From Bacteroidales bacterium (lineage in GTDB: Bacteria > Bacteroidota > Bacteroidia > Bacteroidales > UBA10428): 64,000 nt of DNA. Under the pieces are notes generated by a model. That model saw nothing but the letters and a program-made list of their open reading frames with translations, was not told where the DNA came from and did not search any database. The DNA is taken from assembly GCA_035913795.1 (NCBI GenBank), contig JAMIIA010000094.1, positions 20,684 to 84,683 on the forward strand. Direction: 5' to 3'. Of the stretch, positions 40,532 through 49,614 are shown piece by piece (positions within the stretch are counted from its first letter, which is position 1; each line of letters begins with the position of its first letter). The position numbers were made by a program, and so were the translations under genes.

Positions 40532-41926
40532 ATGGAATCAATTAGCGAAAACATAAACCTGCACAACCTGGCATCGCTCAACGAACAACGCCGAATAAAA
40601 CTTAGTAATTCCATCAGTGTCATTTCTTGCCTTTCCATTCTAGGATTCATTGTTTATTATAGCTTAATCGATTTTGAGGTAATGTTCAAACGGAATCTGA
40701 TTCTGCTAGTTTTTTCTGTCCTGAGTCTCGGGCCCCTTTTATTAAACAGATTGAAACTACACCAACTGGCAAAGTTTTATGTAGCCTCTTTCAATACAAT
40801 CATAATGTTACTTTTAATCTCTAAACAGGGAGGGGTAGAAAACGGTACACACATCCTTTTTCTTTTATTTGCCATCATTCCCATTTATATCTGGTCTGGA
40901 AAGGAAAAATTTTTGATTATTACTTTCTATCTTCTCAACCTCTTGTTATTTGTTCTTTTCGGATTTTTCGACATCTCGGCAAAAACCGACAATACTTTGC
41001 CCGATGAGTTTAATGCCATGACCATTGGCTTTACCATTCTGATTAGCTATACAGGGGCTACCATTTCTATCCTCATTTTTCATCGTCTGGCCGAACAAAA
41101 AGAAGACAGGCTTCAGCAAACCAACCTGCAGATTGAACAGCAAAAAGACGAATTGCTGCACTTAAACAAGCTGCTTGCCCGGCAGCTGGAAGAACTTCAC
41201 CAACAACAAGACGAAATTAACAATTCGAACACGGTAAAAGGAAAAATCTACTCGGTGATAGCCCACGACCTCAGAAGCCCTATTACCAGCATGAATGCCC
41301 TTCTAAAATTAATGATGATCGATACAGCCGGCATTCCAAAAGATCAACTGGAATCCTACACCTCAAGTTTATACAATACCTCGCAAAACACTACCATACT
41401 TCTCGAGAACCTCCTCGATTGGTCGCGAGCGCAAACGGGTCATTTAAAGGTTTGCCCGGAAAACCTTAACCTTTATCCCATGGTCGAAGAAGCCATCCGT
41501 TATAATGTTTTAATGATCGATAAAAAGCAAATCGAATTGCACAACACGCTGCATAAAGAAATACAGGTTCATGCCGACAAGCACTTGCTCTCGGCTGTAT
41601 TGCGCAACCTTATCTCGAATGCACTTAAATTTACTACCCGGCTTGGTAAAGTAAGCATACACTGTACCGATAAAAACAACGATAGTATCGAAATAAGCAT
41701 CACCGACACAGGCACAGGCATGACTGAAGAAGAAATAAGCAGACTTTTCAGGGTTGAAAAAGGATTGTTAAAGCTTGGAACCGAAAAAGAAAAAGGTACC
41801 GGACTGGGACTTGTAATTTGCAAAGAATTTATCGAGAAAAATAATGGTGCTTTAAAAATAAAAAGTATACCCGGAAAGGGTAGTACCGTTAGTTTTACCT
41901 TGCCCTTAAGTGGGAGTATTAAATAA
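40532..41926 (+). CDS. Membrane sensor histidine kinase
   Basis: 464 aa with about 6 N-terminal TM helices and a coiled coil. H-box SVIAHDLRSPI, N-box RNLISNALKFT, G1 DTGTGM, G2 GTGLGL. Confidence 0.82.
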   Translation: MESISENINLHNLASLNEQRRIKLSNSISVISCLSILGFIVYYSLIDFEVMFKRNLILLVFSVLSLGPLLLNRLKLHQLAKFYVASFNTIIMLLLISKQGGVENGTHILFLLFAIIPIYIWSGKEKFLIITFYLLNLLLFVLFGFFDISAKTDNTLPDEFNAMTIGFTILISYTGATISILIFHRLAEQKEDRLQQTNLQIEQQKDELLHLNKLLARQLEELHQQQDEINNSNTVKGKIYSVIAHDLRSPITSMNALLKLMMIDTAGIPKDQLESYTSSLYNTSQNTTILLENLLDWSRAQTGHLKVCPENLNLYPMVEEAIRYNVLMIDKKQIELHNTLHKEIQVHADKHLLSAVLRNLISNALKFTTRLGKVSIHCTDKNNDSIEISITDTGTGMTEEEISRLFRVEKGLLKLGTEKEKGTGLGLVICKEFIEKNNGALKIKSIPGKGSTVSFTLPLSGSIK

Positions 41927-42003
41927 AGGCTATCTACTCGGTTTGATGAATAAACCGGGTTAGGTTCAAGATTATCTAGTTTAATTCTGATTACAAAACT
42001 TGC

Positions 42004-43986
42004 ATGAAGTATTTAAGTATTGTTTTTGGCATGTTGGCGCTCAGCCCTTCCTTTGCACAAACCAGCACAAACAATCTGTTTAATCAAAGTGTGCAAGCCC
42101 TAAGCGAAGGTGATTGGCATACAGGGCTTGAATTAACAAGCAAATTGTTAGAATACAATGCGGAGAATGAAAATCTCCACTACAACAAAGGACTGGCATT
42201 GTTTCAATTGGGCGATATGCAAGGAGCCTGTGAGAGTTTTTCAGAGGCAAAACGACTTGGCTATAAGGTAAATAAAGGCCTGCTTAACTATTACTGCAAC
42301 GAAGATTATAAATATGGTATTCTGAAAAAATATTTCTATAAAGGAGTACCTCTTGATCCGAATAACTCATACCGCCCCTATTACAACAAAAAAGATACCC
42401 TGCGTGGTGCACTAAGACCGGAGCGCACTTGCTTTGATGTAAGTTATTACAAACTGCACCTAAGAATATTTCCCACGACCAAAAGTATAAGAGGCTACAA
42501 TGAAATTCACTTTGTAGTACTCAGCCCCACGCGGCGTATCCAGCTCGACTTATTTGAAAATATGGTAATCGACAGCATTGTGTATGACCATAAAAGAATA
42601 AACTTTTCCCGCGAATATGATGCTGTATGGGTCGATTTCGACAGTGAATTGCCCCTTTCAGCCAATGCACACATTCGGGTTTATTACCACGGCAAGCCTC
42701 GCAAAGCACCTAACCCACCCTGGGATGGAGGTTTTGTTTGGGAGCGCGATGGAATGTTTAATCACTACGCAGGAGTTGCCTGCGAACAACTTGGAGCCAG
42801 TGTATGGTGGCCCACCAAAGACCATCTGACCGACCGGCCCGACTCGATGGCTATTCAGATCGAAGTGCCCGACAAATACCAGGCGGTATGCAACGGCACA
42901 CTCCGCAATGTTGTCGATGCCGGGAATGGTTACTCCCGATACGAATGGTTTGTGCATTACCCGATTAATAATTATAACGCCACCTTTTACATGGGGCGTT
43001 TTACCGAGTTTACCGACACTATTTTCAGTTTAAACGATACACTGGTGGCTCGTTACCATGTGCTACCAAAAAACCTGGAGCTTGCAAAAGCACATTTCGG
43101 GCAGGCACGCGAGGTAGTCGATTTTTATAACCGTGCATTCGGCCCGTTTCCCTTCTGGCAAGACAATTTCCGCATGGTAGAAGCACCGTATGAAGGTATG
43201 GAACACCAGACCGCCATCGCGTATGGGAATGCCTATAGCAACGAAAAAAATTCTTCGGCCTACCTATGCAAATCCTATGATTACATCATCGTGCACGAAG
43301 CAGCACACGAGTGGTGGGGCAATTCGGTTACTGTTGGCGATATGGCCGACGCTTGGATACATGAGGGTTTTGCCACTTATGCCGAATACCTTTTTTTAGA
43401 AGAAAAACTGGGGTATGCTGAAGCCGAAAAAGAATTACAGCACCATATGAAAGGTGTATTTAATTTCTGGCCCATGGTACAAAACCGCAATGTCAACGAG
43501 GATGCTTTTGCCGGAGGAGATATTTATGTGAAAGGTGCAGCAGTGTTGCATAGTTTAAGAGCCACCATGCAAAACGATTCGTTGTTTAAAGCCCTTATCA
43601 AAGATTTTTATACCTCATACCAAGGCAAGATCGTGGATACCGAAACCTTTATCCAATTTGTCAACCAATACACACAAGATGATTACTCTGCCTTCTTTGC
43701 AAAATTTCTGTACGACACCGAATTACCCGTATTGCATTATTCTATTAAACGCTCCGAACAAGGATTGTTGCTAAATTATTGGTGGACAGGTGTGGCTCCC
43801 GGTTTCAAAATGGCATTTGGCATTTACACTTCAACAGGCAAGCAGGTGCGGCTATTGGGCACTACCGAAACTCAGGATTTATTGCTCGAAGGTGAAAGAT
43901 TTTTTAATTTTTATACTGTCTGGAGCGATTTAAGCCTGGCACCCAAAAACTCTTTTACTTATTACCAAACCAGATATGAGTATTAG
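42004..43986 (+). CDS. M1-family zinc aminopeptidase with N-terminal TPR-like extension
   Basis: 660 aa with a signal peptide. HEAAHEWWGN plus WIHEGFATYAE (gluzincin HExxH-18-E). Confidence 0.82.
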   Translation: MKYLSIVFGMLALSPSFAQTSTNNLFNQSVQALSEGDWHTGLELTSKLLEYNAENENLHYNKGLALFQLGDMQGACESFSEAKRLGYKVNKGLLNYYCNEDYKYGILKKYFYKGVPLDPNNSYRPYYNKKDTLRGALRPERTCFDVSYYKLHLRIFPTTKSIRGYNEIHFVVLSPTRRIQLDLFENMVIDSIVYDHKRINFSREYDAVWVDFDSELPLSANAHIRVYYHGKPRKAPNPPWDGGFVWERDGMFNHYAGVACEQLGASVWWPTKDHLTDRPDSMAIQIEVPDKYQAVCNGTLRNVVDAGNGYSRYEWFVHYPINNYNATFYMGRFTEFTDTIFSLNDTLVARYHVLPKNLELAKAHFGQAREVVDFYNRAFGPFPFWQDNFRMVEAPYEGMEHQTAIAYGNAYSNEKNSSAYLCKSYDYIIVHEAAHEWWGNSVTVGDMADAWIHEGFATYAEYLFLEEKLGYAEAEKELQHHMKGVFNFWPMVQNRNVNEDAFAGGDIYVKGAAVLHSLRATMQNDSLFKALIKDFYTSYQGKIVDTETFIQFVNQYTQDDYSAFFAKFLYDTELPVLHYSIKRSEQGLLLNYWWTGVAPGFKMAFGIYTSTGKQVRLLGTTETQDLLLEGERFFNFYTVWSDLSLAPKNSFTYYQTRYEY

Positions 43987-43994
43987 GGGGTATT

Positions 43995-45770
43995 TTACAC
44001 CGCAAACTGAAGTTCACTCAAACCTCGGTAAACTCCTTTATCAAGTTTCATAAGGTGTTCATGGGTACCTTGTTCAACAATGCGTCCCTTATCAAGTACG
44101 ATAATCTTATCGGCTCTGCGAATGGTTGCAAGCCTGTGGGCAATAACAATGGATGTGCGCCCCTGCATCAATTTTTCGAGGGCTTCCTGAACCAGACGTT
44201 CCGATTCAGAATCGAGCGATGAAGTAGCCTCGTCGAGAATGAGTATCTGCGGATTTTTTAATAATGCACGTGCAATGGCAATGCGCTGGCGCTGCCCCCC
44301 GGAAAGTTGGGTCCCCCTTTCTCCTACCAGGGTTTCCAGTCCATCTTTCATTTCCGATATAAACTGCCATGCATTCGCCTGCTTTGCAGCTTCTACAATT
44401 TCTTCAGTGGTAGCCCCCCAACGCCCATAGGCAATATTTTCGGAAATGGTACCACCAAACAAAAAGATGTCTTGCGGTACCACAGCCATTTGCGAGCGTA
44501 ATGCGGTTAATGGAAACTCTGTAGCTTCCTTCTCGTCAAACAAAATACGGCCCGAACTGGGCTCGTAAAGGCGCATCAATAGCGAAACAAGGGTCGATTT
44601 ACCGGCACCACTGGGCCCCACCAAAGCAATAAGGTTATTGGGCTCGACAGAAAAATTAATTTCGGCTAACACATCTGTTCCGGTGCGCGAGGGGTATTCG
44701 AAACGCAAATTATCAAAGCGTATTCGGCCCTTTAAGGTTTCTGAAGGAGCTAGAGTAAGCTTTTCATGAACAGGCTCTTCGGTTTCATCTAATATTTCGA
44801 GCAGGTTCTCTGTGGCACCAACATACTTTTGCACTCGACCCAATACACTTGCCAAGCCACCGATTGTACCGCCAATAAAGCCAGAATAAATAATAAACGA
44901 AAACAGTTCACCGGTCTGCAATTCACCCTTCCCTAAAAGGTCTGCTCCTTTCCAGATCACAGCAACCATTGCCCCGAAAAGACCTAAGATGATAAAAGAC
45001 GAGAAAGCTCCCTGCATGCGTCCATTCTGTATGCCGGTTTGGGCAATCTTTCCGGTTATTGCTCCGTAGCGATCCATTTCGTGAAATTCGTTGGTAAATG
45101 ATTTTACCGATTGAATACCTTGCAGTGTTTCCTCCACTACCACATTCGATTCGGCAACCTGGTTCTGGGCTTCTTTCGAAAGCTTACGAATGTATCGCCC
45201 GAAAATTATTACCAGTACCATCACCACTGGTAAAACCGCCAGCATAAAAAGGGTAAGCTTCATGGAAGTAAACATCAACAAGCTTATGCCACCCACAATA
45301 ATTAAAATCTGCCTGATAAACTCTGCCAGGGTAGTGGTCATCGCATCCTGAAGCAAGGAAATATCGGCAGACAGGCGACTATTCAGCTCACCCACTCTTC
45401 TTCCCTGAAAAAACTTAAGCGGCAAACGAATCAAATGATTATAAACGGTGCGCCTCAGATCGGCCAGGGTTTTTTCGGTAACACGCACAAACAACAATAT
45501 TCTAAAATAAGAAGCTGTTGCCTGAATAAGCAGCACAGCAACCAGCAGCAATCCTATCCGGTTAATCTGCTCTTTTATCATGCCGGCCTGGCCAATGTCA
45601 ACCAAATCGCCAAGCAGCTTGGGAAATGCCAGACTGGCAGCGCTACTAATCAATAAAAGAAACATACCTAAGGCATATTCACTGCGGTAGGGCCGAATAA
45701 AGCGGTAAAGTTTAAAGAGATTTTTTAGACCCGAAAGGCTTATTTTTTTCTTTGGAGTTTCTGGGTTCAT
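43995..45770 (-). CDS. ABC exporter, fused permease/ATPase (MsbA-like type I exporter)
   Basis: 591 aa with 6 TM helices. Walker A GPSGAGKST, signature LSGGQRQR, Walker B ILILDEATS. Confidence 0.85.
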   Translation of the reverse strand: MNPETPKKKISLSGLKNLFKLYRFIRPYRSEYALGMFLLLISSAASLAFPKLLGDLVDIGQAGMIKEQINRIGLLLVAVLLIQATASYFRILLFVRVTEKTLADLRRTVYNHLIRLPLKFFQGRRVGELNSRLSADISLLQDAMTTTLAEFIRQILIIVGGISLLMFTSMKLTLFMLAVLPVVMVLVIIFGRYIRKLSKEAQNQVAESNVVVEETLQGIQSVKSFTNEFHEMDRYGAITGKIAQTGIQNGRMQGAFSSFIILGLFGAMVAVIWKGADLLGKGELQTGELFSFIIYSGFIGGTIGGLASVLGRVQKYVGATENLLEILDETEEPVHEKLTLAPSETLKGRIRFDNLRFEYPSRTGTDVLAEINFSVEPNNLIALVGPSGAGKSTLVSLLMRLYEPSSGRILFDEKEATEFPLTALRSQMAVVPQDIFLFGGTISENIAYGRWGATTEEIVEAAKQANAWQFISEMKDGLETLVGERGTQLSGGQRQRIAIARALLKNPQILILDEATSSLDSESERLVQEALEKLMQGRTSIVIAHRLATIRRADKIIVLDKGRIVEQGTHEHLMKLDKGVYRGLSELQFAV

Positions 45771-45878
45771 TCATTAATCATGTTGGGTGCAAATAGAAAG
45801 ATAAACACTCGGTTGACTGGGTTGTTCATGCTGAAAAAATAAGAAAAAGCCTAATTGTTTGCATTAAACGCTTTTCTA

Positions 45879-46946
45879 TTATTTTCTATTCAGAAGAAAA
45901 GGCTTTACCCGTGCAGCAAAATTCCGTAAAACAGATTCGGTAGTTTCCCAGTCGATGCACTCGTCTGTTACCGATACACCATATTGCAACAACGATAAAT
46001 CGGCAGGAATGACTTGCTTACCGCCCCTTAGGTTACTTTCTATCATTACACCTGCAATGGATTGATTTCCGGCTTCAATCTGCCCGGCAAGGTCGTCAAG
46101 AACCTGGCATTGGTTATCTGCCTTTTTTCTGCTATTGGCATGGCTGCAATCGACCATAATATTTACAGGAAGCCCACAGCGGGATAAAAGCGTTTCGTAT
46201 TCTGAAATGAACGAAGCGGCATAGTTGGGTACCTTTCCTCCACGTAAAATTATATGGCCATAGCAATTACCTTTTGTTTGCACAACGGCCACATGACCAT
46301 CCGGATTGATGCTTACGAAGCTATGCGGAGCAGCCACCGATTCAAGGGCATTGATTGCCACATTAATGTTTCCATCGGTTCCATTTTTAAACCCCACCGC
46401 CGAAGTAAGCCCACTGGCCATTTTCCGATGGCTGTGCGATTCGGTGGTGCGGGCCCCGATAGCCGTCCACGAAAACAAATCCTGAATGTATTGTGGTGTA
46501 ACAATATCGAGCGCTTCGCCGGCCGCCGGAAGACCCATATTGGCAATGAAGGTAAGCAGCTCACGGGCTTGCTTTAGTCCCTCTTCAATTTTACCACTGT
46601 TGTCAAGGTAAGGGTCGTTAATAAGACCAGACCACCCCACCGTTGTGCGTGGTTTTTCGAAATAAACACGCATAACCAGCAACAGGGTATCACTAAGTTC
46701 ATCGGCCAATTTCTTTAAGCGGGTGGCATATTCTTTTGCAGCAGATACATCGTGAATAGAACACGGACCCACAACCATTAAAATTCGTTTGTCTTTTCTA
46801 TCGAGAATTTCCTTTACTGCATGTTGCCCCTTGAAAACAGTATTGATAATCTTTTCGTTTAAGGGATATCGTTCCTTAAGTTGATTGGGAGTGATAATGG
46901 GTGTCTCTGAAATAATATGGTGGTTTTCAATTCTCCTTTCTGTCAT
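45879..46946 (-). CDS. aroG: 3-deoxy-7-phosphoheptulonate (DAHP) synthase, class I
   Basis: 355 aa. GPCSIHD, EKPRTTVGWSGLINDP, and DCSHANS. The isozyme assignment is nominal. Confidence 0.88.
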   Translation of the reverse strand: MTERRIENHHIISETPIITPNQLKERYPLNEKIINTVFKGQHAVKEILDRKDKRILMVVGPCSIHDVSAAKEYATRLKKLADELSDTLLLVMRVYFEKPRTTVGWSGLINDPYLDNSGKIEEGLKQARELLTFIANMGLPAAGEALDIVTPQYIQDLFSWTAIGARTTESHSHRKMASGLTSAVGFKNGTDGNINVAINALESVAAPHSFVSINPDGHVAVVQTKGNCYGHIILRGGKVPNYAASFISEYETLLSRCGLPVNIMVDCSHANSRKKADNQCQVLDDLAGQIEAGNQSIAGVMIESNLRGGKQVIPADLSLLQYGVSVTDECIDWETTESVLRNFAARVKPFLLNRK

Positions 46947-46978
46947 AACTTTTCTAATTTATCCTTTTTTTGAAGCCG

Positions 46979-46986
46979 CAAATGTA
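46979..46986 (-). promoter_or_regulatory. -7 box (TACATTTG on the minus strand) upstream of the DAHP synthase
   Basis: The plus strand reads CAAATGTA, 33 nt upstream of the start at 46946. Confidence 0.4.
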
Positions 46987-47149
46987 AGGCAAGTATTAAA
47001 ACAATACACCTGCAGCGAAAATAAACTTCCGGAAAAAGAATCTGTTTCAGCAATAAATATGAAAAAAGGCTTGCCAAGCTTGAGAAAGATAAGTGGTGGT
47101 AAATAATTTAATTTTTATTATTTTTAAAGTAAACGAATAGTCTCAAAAC

Positions 47150-48946
47150 GTGGAAGTCGACAGGAAATTAGATCAGGTAATTAATTCCATACTTATTGTT
47201 GGAAGCATATTAGGAAGCATCTCCTTTATCTTTAGCTATTTAACAAATCTAGAGGCAGATTATGGTATTGTCTTTTACACCGACAGCCTTGTATTAGCTA
47301 TTATTATTGGTATAACACTCTTTCGAAAAAAGATAAGAAGAAATGTAAAATCCTTTACAGTTTTGGCAGTATTGTTTGCCTTAATTTTTACAGACATTTT
47401 TCAATCGGGCATATACGCAGCCAATGTGCGCCTGTTGGTGCTCGTACCTTTCTTTGGCTATCTTATTTTTGGAATAAGAAGGACAATTATTATCTATTTC
47501 ATTAGCATTATTGTTATTGCAATTATTGGCTATTTTTTTTCTACAGGAAAATTGCACTTATTAACCGACCTAAACACGCGCGTTACCAAACCAGATGTTT
47601 GGGCCATTCACATCACCATAACTACCATGGTGGCATTTCTAATACTAATAATCGAAAAAAGTTTTCACGAATCCTTTCTCTCTTTAATTGACAGGTTGAA
47701 GGGTAAAAATATTGAACTGGCCGAAAGCGAGCAGAGTTATCGTGAGATTTTTAATGCTACAGCCGATGCCATTATCTTGCACGATCTGGAGGGCAATATC
47801 CTGGAAGTAAACCAAACAATGTTGCAAAACCTTGGATACAGTCAAAACGAAATAACCCAGCTCTCCATCGAATCAATCAGTGCAGCTGATGAAGGATTTA
47901 CACAAGAATTGGCGCTCAATTACATAAAGGAGACACTTGAAAAAGGAAATAAAAAAATCGACTGGAAATTGCAGGCTAAAAACGGAAGGGTTTTCTGGGT
48001 TGAGATTTCGATCAAGCGCACCTTTATCTTAGGAAAGGACAGGATACTATCAGTAATAACCGACATCGACGATAAGAAAAAAATAGCCCTTCAACTCGAA
48101 CAATACAAAAACCATCTCGAGCTATTGGTAACTGAACGTACCGAAAAGTTAGAACTTGCCAACCAACAGTTAACCCTAAGCCATACACAGCTGAAAGCTC
48201 AGAATGAAGCATTGCAAACTACCCTCGAGCAACTTAAAACTACCCAGGAGCAGTTGGTAGAATCAGAAAAAATGGCATCACTCGGTGTAATGAGCGCTGG
48301 TGTTGCCCACGAGATAAACAATCCGCTTAATTTTATTCAAGGTGGTTTGTCTGGTCTCGAGAGTTTATTCGAAGAAAAACCTGAACTTAAAAACGATGAT
48401 TCAATCGCCCTTTTATCAGCCATTCAAGAAGGTATCGTGAGGGCCACGGCAATTGTGTCGAGTCTTAACCAATTCAGCAGGCAAGGCAATTCAGCAAAAG
48501 AAAAGTGCCATGTGCATACAATCATCGACAATTGCCTGCTAATTTTGCAAAGCCAGCTAAAAAACAAAATAGAAATACAAAAAGAGTATTGCAGCCCCGA
48601 CCCTGTAATCTATGGTAACAGCGGTAAACTGCACCAGGCATTTTTAAATATCTTAAGCAATGCCGAGCAGGCAATATCGACAAAAGGTAAAATTTCGCTT
48701 AAAACCATTGTTACACACAATTCACTGCATATTCACTTTAAAGACAATGGCGAGGGCATGGACAAACACATCCTGAATCGCATTACCGAACCATTTTTTA
48801 CCACCAAAGAGCCCGGAAAAGGCACAGGGCTTGGCTTATCCATAACATACAACATTGTTAGCGAACTAAATGGAAAGTTGGTGTTTAATTCTGAGAAAGG
48901 AAAAGGAACAGATGTTACAATTTTATTACCTTTAATACATGATTAA
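47150..48946 (+). CDS. Membrane PAS-domain sensor histidine kinase
   Basis: 598 aa with a GTG start. N-terminal TM helices, PAS region (YREIFNATADAIILHD), coiled coil. H-box AGVAHEINNPL, N-box NILSNAEQA, G1 DNGEGM, G2 GTGLGL. Confidence 0.8.
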   Translation: MEVDRKLDQVINSILIVGSILGSISFIFSYLTNLEADYGIVFYTDSLVLAIIIGITLFRKKIRRNVKSFTVLAVLFALIFTDIFQSGIYAANVRLLVLVPFFGYLIFGIRRTIIIYFISIIVIAIIGYFFSTGKLHLLTDLNTRVTKPDVWAIHITITTMVAFLILIIEKSFHESFLSLIDRLKGKNIELAESEQSYREIFNATADAIILHDLEGNILEVNQTMLQNLGYSQNEITQLSIESISAADEGFTQELALNYIKETLEKGNKKIDWKLQAKNGRVFWVEISIKRTFILGKDRILSVITDIDDKKKIALQLEQYKNHLELLVTERTEKLELANQQLTLSHTQLKAQNEALQTTLEQLKTTQEQLVESEKMASLGVMSAGVAHEINNPLNFIQGGLSGLESLFEEKPELKNDDSIALLSAIQEGIVRATAIVSSLNQFSRQGNSAKEKCHVHTIIDNCLLILQSQLKNKIEIQKEYCSPDPVIYGNSGKLHQAFLNILSNAEQAISTKGKISLKTIVTHNSLHIHFKDNGEGMDKHILNRITEPFFTTKEPGKGTGLGLSITYNIVSELNGKLVFNSEKGKGTDVTILLPLIHD

Positions 48947-49346
48947 ACCAAATCATATGTCTGAAAAAGCTACAATCCTTTATGTCGATGATGAAATGCT
49001 GAATTTGCAGATCTTCGAAATCAATTTCAGAAAAACTTATCGCGTACTTACTGCACTTTCCGGAGAAATAGCCTTGGAAATTCTCGACCTTGACCCTCTG
49101 ATTACAATAGTAGTATCCGATATGCACATGCCCGGAATGAATGGCATAGAATTTATTAATAAGGCCCGCGAAAAGCATTCAAACCTGGCCTTTTTTATTC
49201 TCACGGGTTACGACATCACCCTTGAAATCTCCAAGGCACTGGAAAACCAGCTCATTCATCAATACTTCCGGAAACCATTTAATATGCGGGAGATTCAGGA
49301 GGCAATTGAGCTGACAGGAAATAATTCAACCAAACCCTCAAGCTGA
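48939..49346 (+). CDS. Single-domain response regulator (receiver only, CheY-like)
   Basis: ILYVDDE, VVSDMHMPGMNG (phospho-Asp), FILTGY, FRKPF. No output domain. ATG 48939 overlaps the kinase stop by 8 nt; ATG 48957 is an alternative start. Confidence 0.8.
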   Translation: MIKPNHMSEKATILYVDDEMLNLQIFEINFRKTYRVLTALSGEIALEILDLDPLITIVVSDMHMPGMNGIEFINKAREKHSNLAFFILTGYDITLEISKALENQLIHQYFRKPFNMREIQEAIELTGNNSTKPSS

Positions 49347-49382
49347 TTTTTTATACGATTGTTATAAAAGAAGGCACACAAT

Positions 49383-49418
49383 AAAAAAAGGTTAACCGGT
49401 AAACGATTAACCTTTTTT
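49383..49418. terminator. Bidirectional intrinsic terminator (response regulator / tRNA-Arg)
   Basis: A7 tract, stem AGGTTAA (49389-49395) / TTAACCT (49407-49413), 11-nt loop, then T6. Confidence 0.75.
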
Positions 49419-49419
49419 G

Positions 49420-49493
49420 TGAACCTGAAGGGAGTCGAACCCCTAACCTTCTGATCCGTAGTCAGATGCTCTATCCAATTAAGCTACAGGTCC
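49420..49493 (-). tRNA. tRNA-Arg (anticodon ACG)
   Basis: The reverse complement reads GGACCTGTAGCTTAATTGGATAGAGCATCTGACTACGGATCAGAAGGTTAGGGGTTCGACTCCCTTCAGGTTCA. It has a 7-bp acceptor stem (one G-U), a D-arm, anticodon stem TCTGA/TCAGA with loop CTACGGA, and a GGTTCGACTCC T-arm. CCA is not encoded. Confidence 0.92.
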
Positions 49494-49503
49494 AAAACGG
49501 GTG

Positions 49504-49511
49504 CAAATATA
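49504..49511 (-). promoter_or_regulatory. -7 box (TATATTTG on the minus strand) for the tRNA-Arg gene
   Basis: The plus strand reads CAAATATA, 11 nt upstream of the mature tRNA 5' end. This spacing fits a short leader. Confidence 0.45.
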
Positions 49512-49614
49512 ATTTATTTTTTGAATTTGATAAACCCAAACAACGATTATTCCACAATAAAGGTCATGCAGCCTTAGGTTGCTACTGTCTTCACTCTTGC
49601 CAAATACAGAGTAT

